DNA of 61,194 bases, filler included. It is 7 parts of 7 records of this genome, joined end to end, with 100 filler letters (N's around TTAATTAATTAA, not from the genome) between each part and the next. Parts side by side here need not be neighbours in the genome. Positions count along the whole stretch, not along the records: positions 1 to 13,218 come from SRR7504441_657; positions 13,319 to 26,452 come from SRR7504441_672; 5 more parts are not named here. The stretch is one strand, 5' to 3'. The position numbers were made by a program, and so were the translations under genes. Shown one piece after another: positions 11,441 through 22,715 of the stretch (the first letter of the stretch is position 1; each line of letters opens with the position of its first letter). The notes under the pieces were generated by a model that was given only the letters and a program-made list of their open reading frames with translations, did not search any database and was not told where the DNA came from.

Positions 11441-12954
11441 TTACAAGCGATTCCTCGCACGGGCGCATGTTTCTTCCAAAAGCTTGAAGAATTGTTCCTC
11501 AGAGCCCTCGCGCTCGCCCCTCTCAGTTTTGATGTCCTCCTCCAGGGTGCCGGTGGACTCCTCGACCATACGGAGAATGTACTCCTCACTCTTTTGCCGG
11601 TCCTTTTGCTCCTGTTGCACATACTTGAAGAACTCGGCCATCTCATCTTTGATCTTCCCTTGGATGCCTTCCCTATGCCTCACTCGCTTGGTCCGATCCG
11701 AGTGCACTTCGGCGCTCAGATCTCTTATCTGCTCCATCCGCTGGGCGTGATACTGCTCGAGTCTAGTCTTCTCTGCCGTCTCCTCCTCCACCAGGACCCT
11801 CAACTCCCCGCACCGGCCCGCGATCTGCGCCGTGAACTCCTCCAAATGGCCTTGCGCCTCCTCCTCGCACGCAAGCATGTTGTGCAGCGAAACCTGCCCG
11901 AACGAATCAGCCACTCGCCCGACTTGCAGCCCTCACCGTCTTGTCTCTTATCCTTTCCAGCAACTGCTCTCCTCTGTCGTACCGCAGCATGCCTTCCTGC
12001 TCCACGTTGCCCGAGAGCGTGGGCAGCAGGGATGGGTCGAGCGAGCTGCGTGTGGCAGCATCCATCCGAGCCTGTCGCAGATTGAGCAGCGCTGCAGGCT
12101 AGGCTGCCACCTGCTGCTCCTCAATCAACTCCGCCTGGAAGATCCCGAGCTTATCGTCGATCTGTCGGGCCAGCTGCTTGTCCAAGTCCCGCCGGGCTTG
12201 CCTGCTCCCCGCTCACCCCGCGCACACACGCGCCGCACCTGTGTACGTTCAGGTCTAGCAGAACTGAAGTCTCCATTGACTGAACCTCACGGTCGTAACT
12301 GTCGTCCGGTGAGCGACCGACCGGCGGGCAGGCGCACCGCTCTTTAATCACGTCGAGCGAGCACTTTTCGATCCCGCAGTCGTCTTGCGCGCGGACCGTG
12401 AGCATTCGCAGCAACTTGTACTTCTCTGCTTCGACGCTCTGCGCTTTGGTGAATCGATTGTCGAGCGACTTGAGTCTGGTGCTCAGCTCCTCCTGCCGCG
12501 AGTCGGACGGCCCGATCTGCCCCCCGTCGGCTCAGCCCGCCCTCCCGCGCAGGCCGGGCACCTGGTTTTCGATCAGCTCTACCTTCCCGCCGGTGTGGGT
12601 CTGCACTCGCACACCCGGCTCGCGACTGGGGCCATCCTTGCCGGCCGGCGGGTCGCGGATCTTCTCGTATAGCGCCTCGACCCGCGAGGCCACCGAGTCA
12701 GTCTGGGGAACGATCGCCACTGTGGCCACCGGCCCCGGGGCCGCCTCGCCCTGCAGCACCGGTGAGCGGTACTGGTCAGGGCCAGGGGGCGGCACCGTGC
12801 CGGACTTAACTTCAGCGAGTGCCGCGGCCGCGGAGAAGCCGGCGGCTTGGTCGGCCGCTACTGGCCCGGCGGTCAGAAGGCCGGGGGGGGCGGCGAGGGC
12901 ACCACGGGCTTCTAGCCCGGCAAGCCTCTCGTCCATGGCGGTGGTATCCACCAT
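11441..12954 (-). CDS. SF-assemblin/beta-giardin-like coiled-coil cytoskeletal protein
   Basis: Pro-rich head followed by segmented coiled coil ending EREGSEEQFFKLLEETCAR, resembling the striated-fibre assemblin family; several short introns. Confidence 0.6.
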
Positions 12955-13218
12955 GCTCGGACTGCCCCGGCCGGTAAGCAGCCGGCAGCGAGCTGGGCAG
13001 GTAGGCCGGCTGACGCCAGGCCGGGGGGGGCGCGACGCACCTCACGAGCCTGTCCAGCCCCGCTTGCGGAATGGATTTGCAACGGGTTCGAGAAAACTGA
13101 ATCCGTTGCTCGAGCTGGCCTGTCGGAGTTGAAAATAACGAGGGTGTGGCTCGAGCTCAGACAAGGCGGCCATGCATGCCGACCTGGAGCGGATCGCCCG
13201 GGAGAAGATCCCGCCGAT

Positions 13219-13318
13219 NNNNNNNNNNNNNNNNNNNNNNNNNNNNNNNNNNNNNNNNNNNNTTAATTAATTAANNNNNNNNNNNNNNNNNNNNNNNNNN
13301 NNNNNNNNNNNNNNNNNN
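13219..13318. other. Artificial contig linker N44-TTAATTAATTAA-N44 (also 26453-26552, 36347-36446, 46936-47035, 51670-51769, 56612-56711)
   Basis: Six identical 100-nt N-flanked all-frame-stop spacers; genes are truncated at them. Confidence 0.98.
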
Positions 13319-13555
13319 CGCCCAAGGAAAAAGGAGAACAAATGCGCGCACGGCCGGCGCAGGAGCCGGTGCAAGGAGTGCGGGGGCGAGCCGCCGTCGA
13401 GGAAGAGGTCTGGCGGCGCGGCGGCGGGCCCGCTGGTCCGGAAGCGGACCACTGCGCCCAAGCAGACTGTGTATGTGCTCAAAGGGTGGGCGGTCGAGCG
13501 GCCGGACCACCAGAAATGCAAGTGGCAACGGGTGGCAGAAGTGCCCGCAGGGTGA
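13319..13555 (+). CDS. 3' fragment of a protein with a CxHGRxRxxCKECGG putative zinc-binding motif
   Basis: Frame from 13319 reads RPRKKENKCAHGRRRSRCKECGGEPPSRKR... to TGA 13553-13555; absent from the ORF track because it has no start codon. Confidence 0.6.
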   Translation, partial: RPRKKENKCAHGRRRSRCKECGGEPPSRKRSGGAAAGPLVRKRTTAPKQTVYVLKGWAVERPDHQKCKWQRVAEVPAG

Positions 13556-13608
13556 GCAGCTTACCCTGCGGGCAGACGGCGAGCAACTCCCAGTTGGTCC
13601 CAGTACCA

Positions 13609-13654
13609 ATTGATTAGAATCTACTCGATTCTAATCAATCAGTTGATTAGAATC
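13609..13654. repeat. 13-bp perfect inverted repeat ATTGATTAGAATC/GATTCTAATCAAT plus a third arm copy
   Basis: Arms at 13609-13621 and 13627-13639 with a 5-nt loop; TTGATTAGAATC recurs at 13643-13654. Confidence 0.8.
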
Positions 13655-14064
13655 TGATCAATCCCAAGCAGTTGGAGTACTTAGCTAACATTAGACAACT
13701 GATGGAATTGTACTTGTACCGGTATGATTTTTAGTTACATATAGTTACATACTAAATAGGTACCTTTCCAATCCTGAGGCAATCTTGAGGTCAATCAAAT
13801 GAATGTACCGGAATGTACGATGTAATTTTTAGTCCTGACTTAAGCTTACATGTATAAAAGACTTGACAACCGATAGTTGACAACCGTAGTTGTTATGATT
13901 GGTTTCACTCATACAACCGTATTAATTTAAAAAGCAAATGCTCGATGACGCTCGGCGCTTTTAGGCAATTAGTTCCATGCAGCTAGTTACAACGCGCAAG
14001 TGCACAGCAAGTCAAGTCCAACTGAATCAACTAGATGTTAGCATTGATTCCGTTGCGGCAGTCT

Positions 14065-17000
14065 TTAGCGAGTGACACTGTTGGGTGTGAGCCGGAGGAA
14101 GAACACCCACACGGTGAACACTCCGTGCATGTAAGCCTGCACCAGCACATCCACCGCAAAATTCGAGTGCTCGGAGGTGGCTTGGTGAACGTTCATATCC
14201 ATCACCCGTTCGATCACAGACTCGTTGTCCGTGTACGGCATATTGATCGGAAATCCGTGCACCTGCGCCCCATCATATCAAGCAATCGGCAACCCGTTAC
14301 CTCATGTGTGCGGAGGTACTTCTCGAGGTCGGCCGAGCCTTCCTTCTTGTCGCCCAGCCCCTCGGCGTCGCCGCAGCAGAGCTTGACAAACTCGGACGAG
14401 GTGCACCAGACCTCGTGGTCGCCCTCAAACGCCACCCAGTCCTCTATGAACGGGATCGACGAGACCAGTCGCAGCAGGTGCGCCTCGGTCTCCTGCCCGG
14501 TGCTGCTCTCCCACAGCGGCGGGGCCAGCGGCACAACAAATGCCGGCAGAAAGATCGGCTTGCCAGCCATGTCTGGGGCAGCCGCGATCACCATGTTGGG
14601 GTTGGAGCAGTGTGTGGCGCTCCGGGCGGTCCGGAGCCACTTCTGGGCATAGTAGCTGAACTCTGGCGAGCTGTGCGCCGGGATAGAGCCTTCTTGCCGG
14701 ATCCTCTCCGGTGGGAGCAAGACAGGGTTGAGTGTAAGGTAGAGCTCCAGCATCATCGGCCGGTCGGGCTGCGGCTCGTCTTTGTCAGAGTCGTTGTCGC
14801 CCGGAAGGTGGATGAGCTTGGTCGGGTCCTTCCTGTAAGCCACGTTGAACACCGGAGTCTCCACGCGCATCACGCCCTCCAATTTGGTGTTCATGTACAC
14901 TTGCGAGAACGGAATGTTGACTCCGCCCAGCCAGGCCACGTGCGGTTGCTCGGGCGAGCTCCCAGGCAACTCGTCAAAGACGTTGATCCGGATCATGTCA
15001 GTCACTTGCTCGATAGAGCCGGGCGTGAATTTGCCGTCCGGTGTGTCCACTGGCAAGAACATCGTCTCCTTCCAGACCGGATCGCTCCCACAAATCGGTC
15101 GGGTGGACCGCTCGCCGCCCTGGAACTTGACCTGCACAGAGCTCATCACGCTCCGCGCCTCCCGCTCTTGGTGCTCGGCCGCCAGCTCGGCCGCCAGTCC
15201 CGGCCGGCGGCGGCGAGTGGGCGAGCTGGGTTGGTGGCTTTCAGGCTGAGCGATTCTGCGGACAGGGAAGTCGAAGCCTTGAATGCAGAGCACCATCAGC
15301 TCGCACTGGGCGGCCGAAGTGGCCTCCGGCAGCTGGGTCTGCCGCTTGGGCTTGAGTTTGCGCTCCGGCACAAACGACTCAAAGAACTCTGTCCACGAGA
15401 AACTGCCCTTCTGGTCGAGAGGCGGCTCGCGCACCACGTCATCGTGCGATACGACCCTGCGCTGGTTGGCCCGCTGCAGCTTGGCCTGCGCCTTCACTTG
15501 GTCCAGGTACCTCCCGATCTGCGCCCTCGGCCCACTCAGCTGCTGCTTGCTCAGTCTGTCCGGCTCCACAGCCTCCAGAGGGATCTGTCTGTCCAAAAGA
15601 GGCACTGGCTTCTCGCGGATAGGCCCGAGCGAGTGCCACCGGCGGGAGAGCAGCTGGTGCCGCCGCCGGTCGGCTGGATCCCCGAGCACGTGTAGCTTAG
15701 CCTTGAAATCGTCCACACGGAATAGAGTGCCCATCTCGCTCAGTTCCTCCACCACCGCGCCTTCTGCCAGCGCCGCCCGGTTGACAGGGTTGTTAGGGTC
15801 GAGCTCGGTGAGCATGTCGCCATGCAGGTCGATACCGTGCAGCCCGGTCCCCAGCCGCGGCGCCCTCATTCGCTCCTGCTTGGGCAACGGGGGCACCTCC
15901 GGGATGCACACCTGGTCCTCGTCGTCGTCCTCGTCGCCCACCGCCTCCGCCACGCCCCATTGCACCGCCAACTCCAGCTGCGCCGCGCAAAAGTGCTCAC
16001 CAGACGGCACCACCACTGGCTTGTTCGCCTCGGCCCCCGCAGCCACCTTCTCCCTCGCCTTGGCTGCCCTCTCCTCTTCCCAGAGAGGCACAAACCCCAA
16101 CTGGCCCTGCAGCCGGTAGCGCTGCTCCGGGTCGGCAATCAGACTCTCGCCGTGCTGACCGGGGATCGCCACGTTGCAGCTGCCGACCAGCTCATCGACA
16201 AACGTGTGCTCTTGCCAGATCTCCACGATCAGGTCGCGCGGCCACGACAAGATCTTTAGGTCCATCGGCAGCCCGAATTCGACAACGAATCTGGCGCTCA
16301 TCTTGCACGGCTCAGTCCGGTGGACCAGCTGTCCGTTGCAGTGCAGCTTAGCGTAATAGCAGATGGCCTCGCACTCGCCCTGGTGCTCCAGATGCCCCCG
16401 GGCGCTCTCAGGCTCACACGAGTCGTGCACCAACGGCATCCGCCTGCATACGTCGCCCAGCGTCTCGTCGGATAGCGGCACGTTGCCCATCACAATCAGC
16501 TCCGGCACCAGCTCGCCATCATACGCGTGGGTGCCGATCTGGATGCTGGCTGGCTGGCACCGGGACTGCTGGTCGCGCACCATGGCCTTAAGCTTATCCG
16601 GGTTAAGCCCGCGCTCCTGCTTGGCCTGTAGGGTGTTCATCTGATCGATCAAGGCGTCAAGCTCCTCTTGGATATCGTTCTCTGCAGACAGCCAGTTGGC
16701 AGGGCCTCCTAGCCCGATCTCCTCCTCAGGCTCAAGCCCCTGCGCCACACGTGATTCAGCCGCCTTGGAGCGTAGCCGGCGCTTCTTCTCGGCCTCGTCC
16801 AGCTGGGCCTGTGTTAACTGATCATTTCCTTATTAGGGAGGCGAGGTTAACCTGCTTGGCCTCGACCAGCCGCCGGAGCTTGGCCATCTTGAGCTCGAGC
16901 TCCACCCAGTGCAGCCGGTCTAGCTCGTCCAGCTGCTGCTGCTCGTCCTCGCACACACTCCACACCTGTCGGCGGATTCTATCAGATCCTGTTCCAACCG

Positions 17001-18562
17001 CACGAGGTTCAGGCTGGGCTCTGCACCTGGTTGGCAGCCGGATGCTTGTGCAACCGGAGAGTGAGGTTGGTCATGTTGGCCTGCGCCTCGGCCTGCGCCT
17101 TCTTCACCAGCCCCCACCGCTCCACTATCGCCCGAAGTAGCAAGTTCTGGTCGGCCATTGCCGTTGCCATCCGGCTCCGGTTCTCCTTGAGGGTCCTGTG
17201 CGCCCTCCGGAGCATCGCAAGCGCCTGGGTCCAGCCCTTGTAGTGCTCCTCGTAGTTGGCCTTGGTCCGGTGCGAGGTGGGGTCCAGCTGCAGCTTCTCC
17301 GAGCTTAGCTCCAGGATCCGTCTGCTCGTCTCCAGCTTCTCATTCAACTCTGGCAACGCCTCCCGCAGCACCTAGGACAATTGTTATTTCAGATACAGCT
17401 CGCGGCACCGGTATCTTGAGCGCGCACGACTGGGCCTCGCGCTGCTGCTGGACTGTCCTCCAGTCCTTGTACAGCCCGATCAGCCTGACACGTCCGTCAG
17501 AATGCCATTAGGATGTCGTTGGGATGCCTGGACACGTGCCAGTGCTCTGCCCTGAACAGGTGGTGGTCTTCAAACGCCAGCCGGCCCAGCTGCAGCTTGA
17601 GCGTGTACTGTTGCGGCTCGGCCGCCGCCTCCAGCTCCGGGAGCGCCGTGTCCAGCATCGGGGCTCGGAACCTGCCCGCACCGTCAGCACGAGCTCAAGC
17701 AGCCAACGGACTTGGTCTCCAGGGCCGGGTCCTCCGGCTCGAGCCAGCGGACTGGGTGGTGGCTGGAGTGGGACATCGGGTCCGGGGCGCGGGCCAGGGC
17801 GTCCTGCGGGAGGAGCCCGAGCATTGCGCGGTCGGCCAGCCGGCGCTTGGCTAGCTTCTTGAGGTTGTCGTCTGAGACCTCGGTGGGGTAGGGCACAAAC
17901 AGGCCCTGCTCAGCGGCTCAACTGCATTTGAATGGCATTTTAACGGACCTGCTCGGCCATCTTGCCCCGCTCGAGCTGCCCGAGCTCCAGGTCCACGTCT
18001 AGCTCGTCCTCCGGCTGGCAGCAGCTAGAGCACCTGCCCTCGCTTCTCAGCCACACCAGCCCAAGCCAGCGCACCGGGCTAGCTCAAAGCACAAGCTGTC
18101 GCAGCAGCCGGGCTCCTCCTCCTCTCCCACCGGCGCCGCCCCGGCCAGCCAGACCGCTTCGCTCTGCCTCAGTTGGCTGGTGGTTGGCCGGTTCGTCCCG
18201 AGCCGCTGGCTGATTTGGGACCGTTCTCTGTCAAACTGGCGCTGCTGCTCCACACGCTCCTCGATTAGATCGAGCTCCAGGTTGTCAAACGACTCAGCTG
18301 GCGGCAGATCCGGCTTCTGGCCGGAGTTCTTGCTGTCCCGCGCACCAGGCGACCACTCCACGCTCCGTCGGTCCGGGCTGGAGCCCTCGGGCGGCTGGAA
18401 CTTTGCATGTTTGGCCCCGAACCCGCGATCTCTCTCGAGCAACGGCGTGTCCGGCGCGTCCGGGTCCGGCCGCTTGGCCCCGCATTTGCGGCAGAATTGG
18501 GAGTCATCCAAGAACTTATTCCCGCACTCCCCGCAGACTGCCTCAGGCTCTTGCTCGTCCAT
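14065..18562 (-). CDS. CC2D2A: CC2D2A/MKS6 ciliary transition-zone protein, with N-terminal zinc ribbon and an apparent internal deletion
   Basis: HLFRAEH coiled-coil region, two C2-like segments (IVEIWQ; PVWKET..INVFDE..WLGGVNIPFSQVY), LVSSIPF..WCTSSEF..GD, and C-terminus GFPINMPY..AVDVLVQAY..VFTVWVF. CGECG..FCRKCG lies at the N-terminus. Confidence 0.85.
16809..16851 (-). mobile_element. Introner-like 43-nt GT-AG intron (family copy C) in CC2D2A
   Basis: gttaacctcgcctccctaataaggaaatgatcagttaacacag; contains an in-frame TGA; 26/30 identical to the core of the intron at 58000-58039. Confidence 0.65.
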
Positions 18563-19288
18563 ATCGGGCTGCAACCAGAGCCTGAGCCGGCCAGCCAGCC
18601 TGTTGGCCGCACCTCCGGCTGGGCAACCTCCTGCAGCTCGTCCTGGGCCCGGGCGGTCAGTCGGGGGGCGGCCGGCCGGTCGCACCCGGGAGCGCAGCAC
18701 AGGCGGGGCCCCCGCGCTGACCAAATCGGTGGCGTCCCACCGGCTCTGCCCCGCAGATCGGCCCGGCCCTCGGCCCAGCCGCACCTGCCGCTCGGCCCGC
18801 GGTGAGCCCTCCATGCCGCTCGGTCAGCAGCTGCTCGCGAGGCGCATGCTCATCGCAAAGAAATCGACTTCTTCCAAATAAAGAGGGGAGCCCGAACAAA
18901 CGGCAGTCAGTTGTCGAAGCGCAGGAGCTAGAGAAGGGTGGAACGACCCAGCAACATCACACAAGGTCGACTATCGTAGAAGCATTGTGTGGAGAGGGTC
19001 TGCTGGGCAACCTGGCCAAGCTGCAAAGCTGCTCGAAGACCCCATCAATTGGTAATCAATTGGAACCATAAGCTTACATTAGGCCGGCGTACGCGGCGTA
19101 CGATAGGCAAGTGACTAATTTTGTAGTGGATTCGATTTAAGAGCACGAACCGGACAACCCTGTTGGGGACGATGAGTATGAGTGGACAACCGTGTTGGCT
19201 GCACAACGTGAGACTTTGGAAGGATTCTATAGCATGTGCGGCCCCTCTCAGACTGCCGTGAGCTCTAACGGCAACTGCAACGCAAAGA

Positions 19289-19848
19289 ATGGCGGGTCGG
19301 GCGGGGCTGAATTTGTTTCTCCGGCGGCTGGCGACGGGGGCGCGGATCACCGGTCCGGGCGGGGCTAGCGTGCAGCTTCCCCCGGCGGAGGAGGCAGTGA
19401 GCTCGACTTACCGCAAATACATCTTCGCGTCGCCAACCCGGCTGCTGACGTCCACCCACTTCGGAGCCGACCCGGACACCAACCAGATCGCCACAGGTAA
19501 CGGAACTTAACGGAAACTAACGGAACCGGGCCGGCAGGGAAGGTGGGGGAGGACGTGTCCCCGGAGGCGGCTCGGCGGCACGCGCGGGGGGCTGGTCTGC
19601 GGCTGCTGGCCACTGTGCACCGGGCGCTGGGGGGCGACCTCGGCCGGGTGGAGCAGGTAGTCAAGCTGACTGGGCTCGTGAACGGGGCCGGCGGGTTCGC
19701 GGGGCACGGGGCGGTGGTGGATGGCTGCTCGGAGGTGCTGGCCGAGGCGCTGGGGCCGGAGCGAGGGGTCGGGGTGCGAGTGTGCTCAGGGGCCGGCAGC
19801 CTGGGCTGCTCGGTCACCTGTGACCTCGAGCTGCGGGTGCGCGCCTGA
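19289..19848 (+). CDS. RidA/YjgF/UK114 family protein, one intron (19497-19537)
   Basis: Spliced product ..QIAT|GKVGEDVS..LGGDLGRVEQVVKLTGLVN..F..H..VVDGCSEVLAEALG..GVRVCSG fits the Rid1-type subfamily pattern. Confidence 0.85.
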
Positions 19849-20245
19849 GGGCGCGCCAATCGGCAACGGACCGAGTAGAGCCTTTCAATAAGAGGGAGCG
19901 CGCTATCGATCTATTTTAGTCATACTCGTACAAGTATATCGCTACATGTACTCGTATTGTACTCGTAGTCCACTCGCCACGTTACAGCAGCCGCAATGCT
20001 GTGGCTGAGTGCGTCGCCGCTGTGCAGCTGAGCACTTGGGCAGCTTGATGGCTCGACTGGTCGGCGGCTCGGTGGCATGATCGGTTCGCGGCTCGGTCGG
20101 CGGCTCGGGTACGGCTCGGGCGGCTCGGTGCACATGGCACGGCGGCACACTGGATCGATCCGGCTGCCTCCGCGACTGCAGCAGGCTTGGTTGACGGTGA
20201 GGCCTTGGTTAGGCAAGTTGTGCCCGTGTGCCCATGGAGCGCGAA

Positions 20246-22522
20246 ATGTCTGAGTTTGTGACGCGTCTGACGCCTGCAACGGCGTGCAACGCTATAACGA
20301 TGGCGTTCCCGCGGGTGGCCGGCGAGGTCTTCACGGTGGGCCGGGCGGAGCGGGGCGGGTGCGAGGCGGGGCAGGAGTACCTCGGGCTGTTGGCCGTTGA
20401 TGACCAGCTGCGGACCGGTCGGCTCGAGCTCGGGAGCACGGCGCCCCCCCCGGGCCGCTGTGGGATGATCAGGCCCAGGACTGCCTGGTGGTGATCGACA
20501 TGCAGAACGACTTCCTGTCGGCCCAGCCCAACAACCCGATCACCGCACCGCCGTTCGCGGTGCCGTTGGACCAACGGAATGTCCGTTGAGCCCGGGGCAG
20601 GCGACCGAGAGCGAGCACATCGCTGAGCCGATCTGCGAGATGATGCGAGCGGTGCACGCGGCCGGCGGGGCGGTGGTGTGCACCAAGGACTACCACCCCT
20701 GGGACCATTGCTCCTTCCTCGGGCACGCCAGCCCCGAGTGGCCGGCAGCCCCCGCCCGCCGGCCCCGCGAGCCTCTCACAGGTCCAACCCAACTACCCGC
20801 CGCACTGTGTCCAGGGCAGCGCCGGGGCCGACTTGTACGAGCCGGTGCGGGCCACACTCTGCCAGCTGATGCGAGAAGACAGTCTCCGTGCTAAGGCTTT
20901 GGGCGCCCTGGAGCAGCGGGCCAGCGAGGGCAGGTGGCCTGGAAGGGCTTCCATGAGGAAATCGACTCGTTCGGTGGGGCAATGTACCCGCCTGAGGCCG
21001 AGCACTGCCGGTTCGGTCACGCCTATGGCAAAGCGGCCGGCTGTCAGCTGTCGGTGCTATCAATGTCGTGTGGGGGGTGAGGATGGCCAGGCGTGGACCG
21101 GAAGCTTTGTAATGAAGAGCTCGATGCACAGCGAGTGGCACGGGCGGCTGGAGCCCGAGCACGTGGACGCCCCCCCGGACGTTATGGCTGTGCTGAGCAA
21201 GCAAGCGCTGCATGAGTACGTGGCCGAGCGAGGCAGCAAGAGAGTGCTGGTGTGCGGGCTGGTGCTGGACTGCTGCGTGGTGGACACCTGCCTCAACATG
21301 CAGGCGGCGGCCGCCCCGGGGGTGGAGGTGCTCATGGTGCTGGACGGCTCGCGACCGGCACACGTGTTTGGGTGGCTGCTGATTGTTGTTTATGGCTCAC
21401 TGGTTTTTTAGGTTTGGGCAGCACGGGTCTGGGTTCCTGTTCGATCCCCTGCCGGTGCCGGCTCCGTCGGCCAGCGTGTGAAGGCTCGCAGGTGGCTGGC
21501 TGGATCAAGCAGTCAAAGCTCGGGCTGGTCCTCTGCGCCCAGCTGCTCCAGGCAACAACAACAACAACAATAATAATAACAACGGCCGGTGCAGGAGGAG
21601 ACGATGGCCGCGCTCGAGCACCGCGGGGTGCCAGTGGTCGGCCCCAAGACGATCACCCCTGGGAGCCCGTCCGGGTTCTTCAGCCGCAAGGCTCGCTTCC
21701 CTGCAGTGCTCGGACTCAAATGCGTCCGCGCCGGGTGCTTGAATTAATCAGCATCAACGGCTCACCCGGGGCAGCCTGGTCTCGACGGCCATCAAGCTGG
21801 CCAACCCGCCCACCGAGCAGGCCGTGGGTCAGTACTCTATGGACTCGAGCCATCAGTGCTACGGGCTGGCGCACTTTGGGCTGGTCTCAGAGTCGTTGCT
21901 ATCCCCTCTCTCACCGGTCACGCTCGACCAAGCCAGCGAGCGCAGGATGTGCGACTTGCCTGCTGGGAGCGTGAGCTTCTGCTACGCGTATCCTGTGCCT
22001 GGGAGCCAGGCTGTTGTGGAGAAGGTGCGGCAGGAGGCGCAAGTGTCCCCGCAGGTGAACGTTTAGTCCTCGGAAGGCAGTTAGGCCGGGCAGATCTGGA
22101 ATGAGCCCAACATCGCCTTCGGGTTCTTTGGAGGATTTGTTTACTTTGACGGGACAGGCGCCGTGCTCGGGTGCACTGCCAGGTAACGCCCATCTTATAG
22201 CACTTAACAGTACCCTAACAAGGTAGCACTTAGTAATAGTACAGTGGCACAGACCGACCGGGTCCGCAGGACTCCAATCCACTCAGCAGCCGAAGTGCTC
22301 GCGCTGGCCTCGCCGGAGTGCGAAGACTACCAAGACACCCCGCTGGTGGAGAGGCTGGCAGCAGAGGGCCGGCTGCAGCCAGCGGGGCAGCCGGAGGAGC
22401 GGGCTGCGGGGGCAGAGTCTGTGGGCTGGGTGCTGCCCGGTGAAGGCTCGTACGAGCAGAACGACAAGGGCGGGTTTGTGTACACGTTTGCGGACGGCCA
22501 GCCGAGATGGTATTTCCTATGA
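20246..22522 (+). CDS. Nicotinamidase/isochorismatase-family hydrolase with long unknown C-terminal domain, multi-intron
   Basis: After removing 37-43 nt introns: LVVIDMQNDF, KDYHP..HCSF, YPPHCVQG..GA, KGFHEEIDSFG, VCGLVLDCCVVDT, giving the D-K-C triad and metal-binding His residues. Confidence 0.8.
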
Positions 22523-22715
22523 GACTGCCTGCGAGGATTGAGCACCCGTGAGACACTGAGGAGACCTACGGGTAGTACTAGTTAGAACACTGATATTGTG
22601 GAGGTATTTAATCAAAACTATTACTTGTAAGGACTAAGCTATCCAATGACCCAACGCCTCTTGAAAGCACCCAAGACCGCGCCTCATATATTGGTCATTT
22701 TGTGCTTAAAACTAA

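Noticed and set aside
19981-20135. CGGCTCGG repeats as a CRISPR-like array
   Set aside because: Short irregular low-complexity repeat with no constant spacer length; eukaryotic context and no cas genes.
22171-22269. AT-rich intron(s) in the nicotinamidase gene as another introner copy (GTGC...TTAACAG, 40 nt)
   Set aside because: Only the ends match the family; the CCTAATAAGG core is missing and the splice model is ambiguous.
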